32,000 bases of DNA from Sedimentisphaera cyanobacteriorum (GCF_001997385.1 NZ_CP019633.1:1710001-1742000), one strand, 5' to 3'. Shown: positions 1 to 11,699, numbered from the stretch's first letter. Notes: generated by a model not told the origin, from the letters alone. Numbers and translations are program-made.

Positions 1-128
1 TTGAGGAAATTTCCCGAAGAAAACCTCAGACCGAAGCCGAGCTTAGAGAAGTGCTGCAGCTGAACGACTGGCAGTTTGATATTTTAGAAGCGAAATTTAT
101 AAGCATTATCCAGAGCCACACAAGCTGA
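1..128 (+). CDS. 3' end of a CDS that starts before the window; function unknown, with a weak HRDC-like C-terminal helix pattern
   Basis: Frame 3 is open from the window edge to TGA at 126-128 (...EAELREVLQLNDWQFDILEAKFISIIQSHTS*). The stop lies 2 nt from the convergent ybeY stop. Confidence 0.35.
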   Translation, partial: EEISRRKPQTEAELREVLQLNDWQFDILEAKFISIIQSHTS

Positions 129-130
129 AG

Positions 131-595
131 CTAACCCTTCGGCTCAAACTTTCTCTCGCCGAAGATGCGGCCGACTCCGAATTCCTCGAGTATATCGTCT
201 TCTTCCTTGTGCATCTTATGGAAAGCCTCTTCGGTAGTATCGTCAAATCCAAGGTTATGCAGAAGGCCGTGAAGCAAGTACAGCATCAGCTCATCTTCTG
301 CTGAGTGGGGCATGTCTTCAGCGGTTCTTGCGGCCATCTGATAATTTACGATAATCTCGAAATTAACCTCTCCGCCTTCCGGCTCTGTGAGGTCAAAGCT
401 TATTACATCGGTGGTCTTATCGTCTGCCATAAAGAGCCTGTGCACCTCGCTGACAGCCTCGTCGCCCACGACCGCAATGCTTATAAATGCATCTTCAAGC
501 TCGAGTCTCTCGCATGCAAACTCAGTCAGATTTCTCAATCGCCTCTCGCAGAGGCTGAGTTTTGTGAGTTGAATGTTTATTTCCGTTTCCACCAT
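131..595 (-). CDS. ybeY: Endoribonuclease YbeY (rRNA maturation factor)
   Basis: Zinc-binding motif HGLLHNLGFDD (family pattern H-G-x-L-H-L-x-G-Y-D-H) and TDVISFD. The likely start is the ATG at 595 (MVETEINIQ...), not the ORF-track start at 679. This start overlaps the upstream gene tail by 74 nt. Confidence 0.85.
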   Translation of the reverse strand: MVETEINIQLTKLSLCERRLRNLTEFACERLELEDAFISIAVVGDEAVSEVHRLFMADDKTTDVISFDLTEPEGGEVNFEIIVNYQMAARTAEDMPHSAEDELMLYLLHGLLHNLGFDDTTEEAFHKMHKEEDDILEEFGVGRIFGERKFEPKG

Positions 596-2096
596 TACCG
601 TTTTCAGCTTTCTGTTCGCCGTTATTTTCTTCCGGATACTTAACTCTGCCGTGATAATGCGCCGTAAGGCTCTTAACAAGCGCCTTCTCTATTTTGCTCA
701 GCTCTTTAATCGTTATTTCGCAGTCGTTAAACTGCCCGTCCCTCAGGCGGGACATCAGAATATTATGAACCACAGCCGAGATCTTTGAAGGCGTGGGTTC
801 GGAGAGGGCTCTTGTAGCTCCTTCTGTCCCGTCGCAGAGCATCAGGATAGCCGCCTCTCTGGTGCTGGGTTTTGGCCCTGGATACCTGAAATCATCTTCA
901 GATACGTTCTGCTCGCCCCTCTGCTTTTTCGCCTCTTCGTAAAAATATTTAATAATTGTGGTGCCGTGATGGGTTTCTATAAACTGCCTTATCGTCGGGG
1001 GGAGGTTATACTCCTTTGCAATCTCAATCCCGTCTTTTACATGCCCTACAATCACAAGCTGGCTCATAGCAGGGGTGATTGTGTCGTGCTTGTTTGCCTG
1101 ACCCATTTGATTTTCAACAAAATACTTTGGCTTATTTGTTTTGCCGATATCGTGGTAATACGCCCCAACCCTGCAAAGAAGTCCGTTTGCGCCGATAGCT
1201 TCGGCAGCATTTTCGGCAAGCGAACCGAGCAGGAGGCTGTGGCTGTATGTTCCGGGGGCCTCCATGGCAAGCTTCTTGAGAAGTGGCTGGTTTGCATCGG
1301 AATAGTCCAGCAGAGTCATACTCGTAACGACGCCAAAAACCTTCTCTATTACAGGAAGAATCCCCTGAATTATCACGCCTACGAAAAACGTTGATAAAGC
1401 GGCCGTACCGGCCTTTTGAACCACTTGCAGCCCCTCAAGCCCGTTGATAACTCCCATGGAAACCGATACCGCCATTACGCATATCGCAGCAAACATACTT
1501 ACCTGTATGAGCTTCCAGCGGTTGCGTATTTCCTTCATTGTAAAACAGCAGGCAAATATGCCGGCAACCATCGTTAAAAACAGCTCCACAGCCTCCTGCC
1601 CGGGCAAAACAAAGGAGGCCATAAGTGCATAAAAAAGGGATATGGTGAGTGAATACCGCTGGGAGTAGGTGATTGTTAGAATCATAGCTGAGACTACACC
1701 TGTACCCGTTGTAAGGTAAACCCATTCCTCCGAACCTGAGCCTGTTTTTGCGATAACAAGAAGAAGCAGAAGGAGGCCTGTTAACGCAAGGAGCCTTGCC
1801 CGTTTGCGGACAATTCGAGGCCGGTATAGGTATGTATAAACGCCCATGCCGGCTGTGATAAGCATCATCAAAGCGAAATAAGCCAGAAATTCCCCCAATC
1901 CGACTGTTTTCACAACCGAACCTTCCAGACTGAACGAGAGAACCGCACTGCATAGAAGAGCAAATATAACAGCAGTGATAACAGCTGCCATATAGCCCTG
2001 CTTTACAAACTCGTTGTATCTCGATGCCCGCTCAGCAGCCCTGGTGTTGCGAACCTGCTTTCTTCTGGCATTAATTTTTTTTCTAAATATTTTCAT
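522..2096 (-). CDS. 7TM-HD family membrane phosphohydrolase (YqfF/PgpH-like HDIG protein)
   Basis: Multiple hydrophobic helices are followed by HD-domain motifs (GAYYHDIGK, ETHHGTT). It lies directly upstream of ybeY, as in the conserved yqfF-ybeY neighbourhood. The ORF-track start at 2282 is a TTG; the ATG at 2096 (MKIFRKKINARRK) is preferred, with the ATG at 2123 as an alternative. Confidence 0.8.
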   Translation of the reverse strand: MKIFRKKINARRKQVRNTRAAERASRYNEFVKQGYMAAVITAVIFALLCSAVLSFSLEGSVVKTVGLGEFLAYFALMMLITAGMGVYTYLYRPRIVRKRARLLALTGLLLLLLVIAKTGSGSEEWVYLTTGTGVVSAMILTITYSQRYSLTISLFYALMASFVLPGQEAVELFLTMVAGIFACCFTMKEIRNRWKLIQVSMFAAICVMAVSVSMGVINGLEGLQVVQKAGTAALSTFFVGVIIQGILPVIEKVFGVVTSMTLLDYSDANQPLLKKLAMEAPGTYSHSLLLGSLAENAAEAIGANGLLCRVGAYYHDIGKTNKPKYFVENQMGQANKHDTITPAMSQLVIVGHVKDGIEIAKEYNLPPTIRQFIETHHGTTIIKYFYEEAKKQRGEQNVSEDDFRYPGPKPSTREAAILMLCDGTEGATRALSEPTPSKISAVVHNILMSRLRDGQFNDCEITIKELSKIEKALVKSLTAHYHGRVKYPEENNGEQKAENGNGGNGNKHSTHKTQPLREAIEKSD

Positions 2097-2410
2097 AATC
2101 AAGCTCTCAGGCCAAAACAGCATTTTAAAACTAAAGGCGGGATGTTCAAGCTTAATCCCAAAATCGAAAATCAGCAGTCGCTGCCTGCCCAGTTTACCGC
2201 CGTTGGGATAACGCCCTTGTTGTCTCCCGTGCAGCTGTAATTGAATCTTCAAATTATTGAATAAAAGAGAGTACTTAGCCAAGTGAGCAGCTCTAAAAAA
2301 GTACGGACTCGGATTAAAGTCTTTTTACCTTTTCCCTAAAAAATTAGAAAAAAAAACACGCTTAAAAACATACTTAGATGAAAACATACTTTAATCAGAG
2401 GATTATAACC

Positions 2411-4036
2411 ATGCAAAGAAGAACTTTTTTAAAAAGTGCTGCAGGGGTTTGCGCCTCAGCATGGCTGAGCACGCTATGGTCTTCCAGCGTTTCAGCTGCT
2501 GAGAAACAAAAGCCGAACGTTTTGCTGATTGTCTGCGACGACCTCAACGACTATGTTCAGGGGATGGGAGGCCATCCGCAGGCGAAAACGCCCAACATAG
2601 AGAAGCTCGCTGAATCGGGTACTCTCTTCAAACGGGCATACAGCAGCAATCCGGTATGCGCTCCTTCCAGGGCAAGCTTCCTCACCGGGATATACCCGCA
2701 AACATCAAAGAATCTGTTCTTCGATAAATGGTTCAGGAATCCGGTGCTGAAAAATTCCAAGAGCTTGATGAAATACTTCAGCGAAAACGGCTACAAAACT
2801 GCCGGCTCGGGCAAGCTTATGCACCACTGCCGGCCGAATGAGTGGAACGAGCACAAATACCATCCCGATTATGGGCCGTTCGTTTTCGACGGGGAAAACC
2901 GAATCGCTCACCCGTCTGTGCCCGAGCCATACAGCGAGATTGGAGCTGTTGACGGGTCTTACGCACCGCTTAGCGATAACCCGTTTCCAAACGATGAATC
3001 CGGAAAGAAAGGCTGGATTTACGGCTACCCTTGGGGCGAAAACAAAAAGATGGAATACAAAGACCCTGACCACAGAGACCCCACACCTGATGAGAAAAAT
3101 GCAGACTGGGCTGCGGGGAAGATAAAAGAGTTTGAAAACTCGCAAGACAGCCGCCCGTTTATGCTGGGCGTTGGGTTTGTAAGGCCGCATACTCCGTTTC
3201 ACGTTCCGAAGAAATACTTCGATATGTTTCCCGCGGAGGATGTGAAGGTGCCGATGATAAAGCTTGGCGATAAAGAAGACACCCACTACCTCGACGTTTA
3301 CGACGAGAAACAGAAAGGCCCGAGATATTTCAAAACGCTTGGAGAATCCTATTCAAGCATTGAAGAGGGGCTCAGGCACTTCACGCAGGGATATCTTGCG
3401 AGCATAGCAGCAGTTGACGACTGCATCGGCAAAGTTTTAGATAGCCTGAACAGCAGCTCATTCAAGGATAACACGATCGTTGTTTTAACCAGCGACCACG
3501 GCTGGAATATGGGCGAGAAGGATTATCTGTTCAAAAATTCGCTCTGGGAGGAAAGCACTCGCGTTCCGCTGATAGTGCGGGCTCCCGGGCTTACCAAACC
3601 GGGCACGAAGGCAGAGCATCCTGTTTCGCTGATCGATATTTACCCAACGCTTAAAGACCTCTGCGGGCTGAAGGGCGATACGAGGAAGAATTCCAAAGGC
3701 GCAAAGCTCGACGGCTTCAGCATGAGGCCGTTTCTGGAGAACCCGAAGAGTATGGAGTGGGAAGGGCCTGATGCAGCGATTTCAATGATCTATGCAGGCG
3801 GGGAAACCGGCACCGACCCTATGAAGCAGAACTGGTCTGTGCGCACACTAAATCACCGCTATATTGTGTATCGAAACGGCGATGAAGAGCTATACGACCA
3901 CAGCAGCGACCCATACGAATGGCACAACCTTGCGAAAAAGCCCGGCAGCGATTCGGTTTTGAATTCGATGCGAAGAAAGCTCGCCTCTATGCTCGGAGAC
4001 GTGCCTGAGGGTTTGAAAAAAGCAAAGCGGGGGTAG
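2411..4036 (+). CDS. Sulfatase (arylsulfatase family, Cys-type formylglycine site) with twin-arginine signal
   Basis: Motifs LLIVCDDLNDY and the SNPVCAPSRASFLTG C-x-P-S-R maturation motif, plus SDHGW. The TAT-like N-terminus is MQRRTFLKSAAG. GAGGA lies 8 nt before the ATG at 2411, so this start is preferred over the track start at 2378. Confidence 0.9.
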   Translation: MQRRTFLKSAAGVCASAWLSTLWSSSVSAAEKQKPNVLLIVCDDLNDYVQGMGGHPQAKTPNIEKLAESGTLFKRAYSSNPVCAPSRASFLTGIYPQTSKNLFFDKWFRNPVLKNSKSLMKYFSENGYKTAGSGKLMHHCRPNEWNEHKYHPDYGPFVFDGENRIAHPSVPEPYSEIGAVDGSYAPLSDNPFPNDESGKKGWIYGYPWGENKKMEYKDPDHRDPTPDEKNADWAAGKIKEFENSQDSRPFMLGVGFVRPHTPFHVPKKYFDMFPAEDVKVPMIKLGDKEDTHYLDVYDEKQKGPRYFKTLGESYSSIEEGLRHFTQGYLASIAAVDDCIGKVLDSLNSSSFKDNTIVVLTSDHGWNMGEKDYLFKNSLWEESTRVPLIVRAPGLTKPGTKAEHPVSLIDIYPTLKDLCGLKGDTRKNSKGAKLDGFSMRPFLENPKSMEWEGPDAAISMIYAGGETGTDPMKQNWSVRTLNHRYIVYRNGDEELYDHSSDPYEWHNLAKKPGSDSVLNSMRRKLASMLGDVPEGLKKAKRG

Positions 4037-4038
4037 AA

Positions 4039-4365
4039 TCAGGCGGATTTTGTTTCCGCAGGTTTGCCATCTTGGGGTTTTGATTCGGAGCTGGGAGATT
4101 TCTCGCTTTTGGCGGCATCCTTCCCGCTCTTTTTCTCTGATTTTGCCTCGCTGGCCTTTTTCTCGCCTGCCTTATAGCTTTCGGAGCGGTAATCGGTTTC
4201 ATAGAAGCCTGAGCCCTTGAAGATTGCGCCGGCTCCGGTGCCGATAAGCCTTTTGAGCTTCATCTTTCCGCATTCGGGACATTTTCTAAGGGGCGAGGCG
4301 GTTATCTGCTGAAACTTCTCAAACTCATACCCGCATTCACTGCACTTGTAGTCATACGTCGGCAT
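4039..4365 (-). CDS. FmdB-family (CxxC_CxxC_SSSS) zinc-ribbon protein with a Lys/Ser/Glu-rich tail
   Basis: [33 protein letters not shown] is the classic FmdB zinc-ribbon signature. The start at ATG 4365 overlaps the grpE stop by 14 nt. The longer track ORF (to 4491) lies inside grpE. Confidence 0.75.
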   Translation of the reverse strand: MPTYDYKCSECGYEFEKFQQITASPLRKCPECGKMKLKRLIGTGAGAIFKGSGFYETDYRSESYKAGEKKASEAKSEKKSGKDAAKSEKSPSSESKPQDGKPAETKSA

Positions 4366-5089
4366 CGTTTTTATCCTCCTGAGTTTGTTCAGAATTTTCA
4401 CCCTTCTCAGCATTTTGCTCAGAGGCATCCGGGGCGGCTTCGGCCTGCTGTGATTTATTCTCACTCTCAGGCTGCTGGCTTTGCTCTGCATTTTTCTGCT
4501 TTTGAAGCTTATTCACTGCCACCATTGCCGGACGGACAACCTTATCCTTAATGCGGTAGCCTTTCTGGATTTCCTCCAGAACGACCCCGTCGTCCTTGTC
4601 TTCAAGGCTCTGATTCACAACTGCCCTGTGTACAGACGGGTCGAACTGCTCGCCCTTGGCAGCAATCTGCTCGAGCCCCTGAGTTTTCAGTATCTCAAGC
4701 AGGTTCGAATACACCATCTGCACGCCTTCTACAACGCCTTCTACATTCTCGCTGTTTTCAGAATGCTTTATTGCATGCTCAAAATTATCCAGCCCGGGCA
4801 GAAGCGCCTTGATAAAAGACTCCACCTTGTAGTTTACCTCGTCCTGAATCATCTTCGGAACGCGTTTTTGATAATTGGCATAGTCTGCTCTGAGCCTCTG
4901 GAACTTCTCTTCAAGCTCATTATACTCCTTCTGGAGCTGCTCAATTTTTTCTTTTTTGCTAAGCTTTTTCTGTTCCTTAGCGTTTTTCTCGCTGCCCAAA
5001 TCGGCCTTTTTCTCTTCGGGCTTTGAGTTTATGTCCTGAGCTTTGCTGTGCTCATGATTTTGAGTGTTTTTGTTTTTTTCTTCAGTCAT
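4352..5089 (-). CDS. grpE: Nucleotide exchange factor GrpE, with low-complexity N- and C-terminal extensions
   Basis: GrpE core [14 protein letters not shown]...FDPSVHRAV...[16 protein letters not shown]. The ATG overlaps the dnaJ stop as ATGA at 5086-5089. Confidence 0.9.
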   Translation of the reverse strand: MTEEKNKNTQNHEHSKAQDINSKPEEKKADLGSEKNAKEQKKLSKKEKIEQLQKEYNELEEKFQRLRADYANYQKRVPKMIQDEVNYKVESFIKALLPGLDNFEHAIKHSENSENVEGVVEGVQMVYSNLLEILKTQGLEQIAAKGEQFDPSVHRAVVNQSLEDKDDGVVLEEIQKGYRIKDKVVRPAMVAVNKLQKQKNAEQSQQPESENKSQQAEAAPDASEQNAEKGENSEQTQEDKNDADV

Positions 5090-6243
5090 TTTTTATTCCC
5101 GAAATAATCTTTCAATTTTTTGAAAAAATTATCCCTCTCAGGAGAAACGTGCTTATCTTCCGTTTCTGCGAAATCCTTAAGCAGCTGCTCCTGTTTTGGT
5201 TTGAGTTTCTTGGGTATCTCCACAGTTACCCGGACAAGCTCATCGCCTTTTCTTGAGCTTCTCAGATCAGGCATTCCCTGCCCCTTTATCCTGAACACAT
5301 CACCATACTGCGTTCCGGCAGGTATTGTAAGCTGTTTTCTGCCTTCAAGGCTTGGGACATCAATCTTTGCCCCGAGAGCCGCCTGAGTAAAGCTTACTGG
5401 AACTACAGCTATCAAATCGTTCCGGTCTCTAACGAGGAACGGATGCTTTTTTATATCAACATAGCAGTAAAGATCGCCGTTCGGGCCTCCGTTTACGCCC
5501 GGCTCGCCCTCACCGGCCACTCTAACCGCCTGTCCTTCATGTATTCCAGCAGGGATCTTAACGGTAACCTTTCTCTTGACCGGCATCCTTCCGCTGCCCT
5601 TGCATTTTGTGCATGGGTTGGATATTACTTTGCCAGTGCCTTTACAGCTTGGGCAGGTAGAGATTGTCTGGAAAAAACCGCCCATTCGTGTAGTGCTAAC
5701 CTGTCCGCTTCCGCCGCAGGTTGGGCAGGTTTTGGGATTCGTCCCCGGTTCGCATCCGCTGCCATCACACTTATCGCACTTATCCTGACGGGTAAAGTCT
5801 ATAGTTCTTTTGCTCTCTTTAGCTGCCTCTTCCAGCGTAAGCTCAACGCTTGTCTCAAGATCGAGACCTTTGCGCGGTGCGTTCGGGTTTGCTCTTCGCC
5901 CGAAACCTCCGCCAAAGCCGCTGCTGAAGCCGCCGCCGAATATATCGCCGAATATATCGCCGAAGTTCGAGAATATATCATCAACGTTCATATTCGAATA
6001 ATCATGAACGCCTGAACCTCTCAGGCCTTCATGTCCGAACTGATCGTATTTCTTGCGTTTCTCGGGGTTGCTGAGAACCTCGTATGCCTCAGCGCACTCC
6101 TTGAATTTCTCCTCAGCCTCTTTATCCCCCTTATTCTTATCGGGGTGATACTTAACTGCGAGCTTTCTGTAAGCCTTTTTTATTTCATCTGCGCTTGCAT
6201 CTTTGCTTACGCCCAGTATTTCGTAGTAATCTCTTTTTGTCAT
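5086..6243 (-). CDS. dnaJ: Molecular chaperone DnaJ (type I: J domain, G/F region, four CxxCxGxG zinc-finger repeats)
   Basis: [37 protein letters not shown], a [12 protein letters not shown] linker, and [32 protein letters not shown]. Confidence 0.95.
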   Translation of the reverse strand: MTKRDYYEILGVSKDASADEIKKAYRKLAVKYHPDKNKGDKEAEEKFKECAEAYEVLSNPEKRKKYDQFGHEGLRGSGVHDYSNMNVDDIFSNFGDIFGDIFGGGFSSGFGGGFGRRANPNAPRKGLDLETSVELTLEEAAKESKRTIDFTRQDKCDKCDGSGCEPGTNPKTCPTCGGSGQVSTTRMGGFFQTISTCPSCKGTGKVISNPCTKCKGSGRMPVKRKVTVKIPAGIHEGQAVRVAGEGEPGVNGGPNGDLYCYVDIKKHPFLVRDRNDLIAVVPVSFTQAALGAKIDVPSLEGRKQLTIPAGTQYGDVFRIKGQGMPDLRSSRKGDELVRVTVEIPKKLKPKQEQLLKDFAETEDKHVSPERDNFFKKLKDYFGNKK

Positions 6244-6393
6244 AACTTCTGCCCGTTTTTAATTCGCAGCCCGACTCAAGGGCCGAGCTCAAGCTGTCAT
6301 TTCCGCCTCGCCTGTTTACATAAGAAACCCGCTGGCCTTGGCAAGACCTGAGACACGGGCAACTCCGAACAACTCGGAAGAGCTGCGTTTAAG

Positions 6394-6444
6394 AAAAAAC
6401 CGCAGGGCAAAACTCAAATAAACTCCGAGCTAAAGGCCCTGCGG
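6394..6444 (-). terminator. Putative intrinsic terminator after the distal groEL
   Basis: A 9-bp stem pairs CCGCAGGGC (6400-6408) with GCCCTGCGG (6436-6444). On the minus strand it is followed by a T6 run (A-run 6394-6399 on plus). The loop is long (27 nt), so strength is uncertain. Confidence 0.5.
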
Positions 6445-6464
6445 TCTGGCTGATTCAATATCTT

Positions 6465-8099
<1,635 letters not shown>

Positions 8100-8127
8100 C
8101 TAAGGCCATTAAGTCAGTGTCAATGAA

Positions 8128-8415
8128 TTACTCAATTACGCCCAGAATATCGGTTTCGTGCATAATCTTATACTCTTTGCCGTCAACCTTGAAATCGGTA
8201 CCGGCGAAGCGGCCGAACGCCACAAGATCACCAACTTTAACGCTCATCTCGGCATTTTCGCCGTTTTTGAGCGTTTTACCCTCGCCTACGGCAGTAATCT
8301 TGCCCATGAGGGGTTTTTCTTTTGCTGTATCCGGGAGAATAATCCCGCCCTGTGTTACTTCTTCAGCCTCTGAAGGCTCAATCACTACTCTATCACTGAG
8401 AGGTTTTATTTTCAT
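8128..8415 (-). CDS. groES: Co-chaperonin GroES
   Basis: MKIKPLSDRVVIEP...GGIILPDTAKEKP...GDLVAF, a 95-aa Cpn10. Confidence 0.95.
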   Translation of the reverse strand: MKIKPLSDRVVIEPSEAEEVTQGGIILPDTAKEKPLMGKITAVGEGKTLKNGENAEMSVKVGDLVAFGRFAGTDFKVDGKEYKIMHETDILGVIE

Positions 8416-8491
8416 TTTTTTATCTCCTGTATAATAATTGGCAGACAGTTAGTATTATCAAAATTTCCTATGAGCTAAACGGGAGCAGGGA

Positions 8492-10192
8492 CTACATCAT
8501 CCCCATACCGGGCATACCGCCCATTCCTCCCATGCCGCCCATGCCGGGCATACCGCCCATACCACCCATTCCGCCGGACGGGTCCATTCCAGCGCCTGCG
8601 CCGGAATCTTCATCAGGGCTCTGTGTTACAACGCAGTCTGTAGTCATCAAAAGACCTGCAACGCTTGCGCTGTTTTCAAGGGCGATTCTGGTAACCTTAA
8701 CAGGATCAATCACGCCTGCCTCGATAAGGTTTTCGTATTTGCCTGTATTTGCATTGTATCCGTAGCCGTCTTCACCTTCTAAAACGTTATTAACAACGAG
8801 ATTGGCAACTGCACCGGCATTCTCTGCAATGCAGTGGCACGGCATCTTCAGGGCATTTGCTACAGCATTGGCTCCGGTTTTTTCATCACCCTTGAGCTTG
8901 AGCTTCTTAACGGCATCCATGCAGCGAACCAGAGCAACACCTCCGCCTGCTACGATACCTTCCTCAAGTGCGGCTCTTGTAGCGTGAAGGGCGTCTTCGA
9001 TTCGTGCCTTCTTTTCCTTCATCTCCGCTTCGCTTCCAGCGCCAACGTTAATCTGGGCAACGCCGCCGGTGAGCTTGGCCATTCTTTCCTGAAGCTTCTC
9101 GCGGTCGTAGTCGCTGGTGGTGGCTTCTATCTCGCCCTTTATCATATTTATGCGGGCTTGGATATCGCTTTCTGCACCTGCACCTTCAACTATAACCGTG
9201 CTGTCGTTGTCAACTACTATTTTCTTGGCCTGTCCGAGCTGAGCAAGCTGAAGGCTGTCCAGCTCAACGCCCAGATCCTTCATAACTGCCTCTCCGCCTG
9301 TGCAGGCGGCAATATCTTCGAGCATTGCCTTTCTGCGGTCGCCGTAGCCGGGGGCCTTAACAGCACATACATCAACCACGCCTCTCATCTTATTTACAAC
9401 GAGCGTTGCAAGGGCCTCGCCCTCAACATCCTCTGCAATAATAAGAAGGGGACGCTTTGTTTTGGCAACCTCTTCGAGAAGGGGAACAATCTTCTGCACA
9501 TTGCTGATTTTGTCCTCATATATAAGAACGTATGGCTTTGACATTTCGCAAAGCATACTGTCGCTGTTTGTTGCGAAATGGGGGGATAAAAAGCCCCTGT
9601 CGAACTGCATACCTTCAACGTAATCTACTGAGGTTTCAAGGCCTTTGCCCTCTTCCACAGTAATCACTCCGTCCTTGCCGACCTTGGTAAATGCCTCGGC
9701 CATCTGCTTTCCGATCTCTTTGTCGTTGTTTGCAGAGATCGAAGCGATACTCACAATATCCTTCTTGCTCTCAATATTAACAGGCTTGGATATCTTTGCC
9801 AGCTGTTTTACTGCCGCTTCAACAGCCTTCTTGATGCCTCTGTTCATTGCCATTGGGTCTGCGCCGGCGGCAAGATTTCTGTAGGCCTCTTTGAAGATTG
9901 CCTCAGCAAGTACTGTAGCAGTGGTAGTTCCGTCGCCTGCCTTTTTGTTGGTTTTGCTCGCAGCTTCCTTAACAAGTGAGGCTGCCATATTTTCGTTCTT
10001 ATCGAACAGGTCTATCTCTTCTGCTACAGTAACCCCGTCTTTAGTTACTGTCGGGCTTCCCCAGCCCTTGTCTATTATTGCGCAGCGTCCCCGCGGCCCG
10101 AGTGTTGATTTAACGGCCGCCGAGAGCTTTTCAACACCGCTAAGCAGCGATGCTCTCGCATCGGTTTCGAAGGAAAGTTCTTTTTTTGCCAT
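8492..10192 (-). CDS. groEL: Chaperonin GroEL paralog (proximal copy, with GGM-repeat tail)
   Basis: Full-length Cpn60 with [11 protein letters not shown] and [19 protein letters not shown]. The C-terminal tail is [32 protein letters not shown] lies upstream of the ATG. Confidence 0.95.
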   Translation of the reverse strand: MAKKELSFETDARASLLSGVEKLSAAVKSTLGPRGRCAIIDKGWGSPTVTKDGVTVAEEIDLFDKNENMAASLVKEAASKTNKKAGDGTTTATVLAEAIFKEAYRNLAAGADPMAMNRGIKKAVEAAVKQLAKISKPVNIESKKDIVSIASISANNDKEIGKQMAEAFTKVGKDGVITVEEGKGLETSVDYVEGMQFDRGFLSPHFATNSDSMLCEMSKPYVLIYEDKISNVQKIVPLLEEVAKTKRPLLIIAEDVEGEALATLVVNKMRGVVDVCAVKAPGYGDRRKAMLEDIAACTGGEAVMKDLGVELDSLQLAQLGQAKKIVVDNDSTVIVEGAGAESDIQARINMIKGEIEATTSDYDREKLQERMAKLTGGVAQINVGAGSEAEMKEKKARIEDALHATRAALEEGIVAGGGVALVRCMDAVKKLKLKGDEKTGANAVANALKMPCHCIAENAGAVANLVVNNVLEGEDGYGYNANTGKYENLIEAGVIDPVKVTRIALENSASVAGLLMTTDCVVTQSPDEDSGAGAGMDPSGGMGGMGGMPGMGGMGGMGGMPGMGMM

Positions 10193-10409
10193 ATTTTACT
10201 GCTCCTGTAATATCGATTTTTACAATTTACTGATTACTCTGCAAGCAACTATAATGCCAGCACAGTTCTAAAACGGGGGACTCCAATCGGGCAGAAATTG
10301 CAAAAGCTTGTAAATAAAGAGCTTACACAGCTTAAGCAGGTTCAATTACAGGCAGACTAAACTTCTCTGCCAACCAATTGGATTCACTTGGAAATGTCAA
10401 ATTGACAGA

Positions 10410-10922
10410 CTACTCTGCGGCAGGGTCAGTTTGCGGGGCATTAGTGCCTATTGCAGCGTTTTTATCTCTCTTCTCCTGAAGACCGGATATAATCATTTCT
10501 GAGGCGTTGCTTTTAGCGATTGCTGTTATAACAGGCTTGTATTCCCTGAACACAAGCTCTCTGTCCATCCTGAGATTAATCATTGCCTCGCCGTGAAGCA
10601 GTTCAATACCCCTGTTTATCATCCTCTCCAATTCAGCTATCGTCCCCTGCCCGGGTTCCAGGGCAAGCTTTGAATTCTGAAAGATGCACATTATCGTTCC
10701 GTCATCCTCCCGCATTACATTCAGAACCACCTCACCGGGCTTAGAGCCTTCATCCGCAACAGATTTATGCATCTGCTCGGGCAATTCCACAGGGTAGTTC
10801 TCCGAAGCGATAAACTGACCGAGGAAAAGCAGGAAAATAATCAGAATAAAGATAATATCAATGATAGCGGTAATATTAAATTCTAAATATCCTGCAGCAT
10901 TTCTCAGCTTTTCGAGAAGCAT
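10410..10922 (-). CDS. exbD: ExbD/TolR-family biopolymer transport protein
   Basis: N-terminal TM segment FNITAIIDIIFILIIFLLFL, then the periplasmic domain pattern (VELP..., INLRMDRELVFREYKPVITAI). The ATG overlaps the exbB stop (TAATG at 10920-10924). Confidence 0.8.
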   Translation of the reverse strand: MLLEKLRNAAGYLEFNITAIIDIIFILIIFLLFLGQFIASENYPVELPEQMHKSVADEGSKPGEVVLNVMREDDGTIMCIFQNSKLALEPGQGTIAELERMINRGIELLHGEAMINLRMDRELVFREYKPVITAIAKSNASEMIISGLQEKRDKNAAIGTNAPQTDPAAE

Positions 10923-11698
10923 TAATAGATACCCTCTATCTTATCAAGCACTGTTTCCGCCTCAACAGCAGCCTCACTGGCCATTGCTTCAAGCTTGTTC
11001 CTAAGATAGCCGTAGATAAAAAGCGACGGGATAGCCACAAACAGCCCCCAGAACGTGGTTACAAGAGCGATTGATATGCCTCCTGCAAGCTGGGATGCGT
11101 CCGGCTGACCGCCTGCCTCAACAATCGTGTTAAACGATTTAATCATACCAAAAACCGTACCGAAAAGACCAACCATAGGAGAGATGTTACCGGTAAGGTT
11201 CAGTCTTTCAACCTTTCTCAATATCTCAAGCGTTCTTTCCTGAAGCACATCAGAAACCATCTGCTGAAGCCCCATGTACCCAACCTCTTTTGTTTTTACG
11301 AGGTTGAACGCCCTTGAAAGCGAATAACTGAGCAAATCATCCTGCTTGGCAGCTGCCGCTTTAATAACCTCTTTATCGCCCTTTTCTGCAATCTTTTTGA
11401 GCTGTTTGGTATTTTCTTCAGGCAGAAGAATTTCCCTGCTTGTCTTAATGCTCAAGTCGATTGCCTGATAACACGAATAGAAAGATAGAGGCATAAGAAC
11501 AAACCATACAATCGGGCCGCCCTCAATAACAAACTGCCTCAAGAACGAAACGCCTTCGTCGTAATCACCTTCCAAAACTGCGCTCTCATCCAGCGAAGAT
11601 TCTTCTCCTTGAGCATGAAGCTGAGCAGAGAGGCCTATAAGTACGAAAAGGCTTATTACAAGCAGCCAAAGTCTTGTCCAGTTCTTGTTCATTTTCAA
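10922..11698 (-). CDS. exbB: MotA/TolQ/ExbB-family proton channel, with signal-peptide-like N-terminus and N-terminal extension
   Basis: Family signature NISPMVGLFGTVFGMIKSF and GGISIALVTTFWGLFVAIP. N-terminus is MKMNKNWTRLWLLVISLFVLIGLSAQLHA. The track start is a TTG at 11698; an alternative ATG lies at 11692. Confidence 0.85.
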   Translation of the reverse strand: MKMNKNWTRLWLLVISLFVLIGLSAQLHAQGEESSLDESAVLEGDYDEGVSFLRQFVIEGGPIVWFVLMPLSFYSCYQAIDLSIKTSREILLPEENTKQLKKIAEKGDKEVIKAAAAKQDDLLSYSLSRAFNLVKTKEVGYMGLQQMVSDVLQERTLEILRKVERLNLTGNISPMVGLFGTVFGMIKSFNTIVEAGGQPDASQLAGGISIALVTTFWGLFVAIPSLFIYGYLRNKLEAMASEAAVEAETVLDKIEGIY

Positions 11699-11699
11699 T

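Noticed and set aside
2378-2410. An upstream ATG at 2378 extends sulfatase 1 by 11 codons (MKTYFNQRIIT).
   Set aside because: The extension would bury the twin-arginine motif deeper. The ATG at 2411 has a GAGGA box at ideal spacing. The longer start is kept only as an alternative.
8516-8590. A short-period DNA repeat (ccgggcataccgcccat / ccatgccgcc units) resembling a microsatellite or CRISPR-like periodicity.
   Set aside because: It is the coding sequence of the GroEL GGM/PGM C-terminal tail. It has no spacers and no repeat-spacer architecture.
10395-10407. A perfect palindrome, tgtcaa-a-ttgaca, that carries TTGACA on both strands. It lies between the exbD stop and the groEL upstream region.
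   Set aside because: It was considered as a -35 box for groEL, an operator or a terminator. No acceptable -10 lies 16-18 nt downstream on the minus strand (ttggtt). As a hairpin it is only 5 bp, AT-rich, with a 3-nt T run. It is too weak to call either way.
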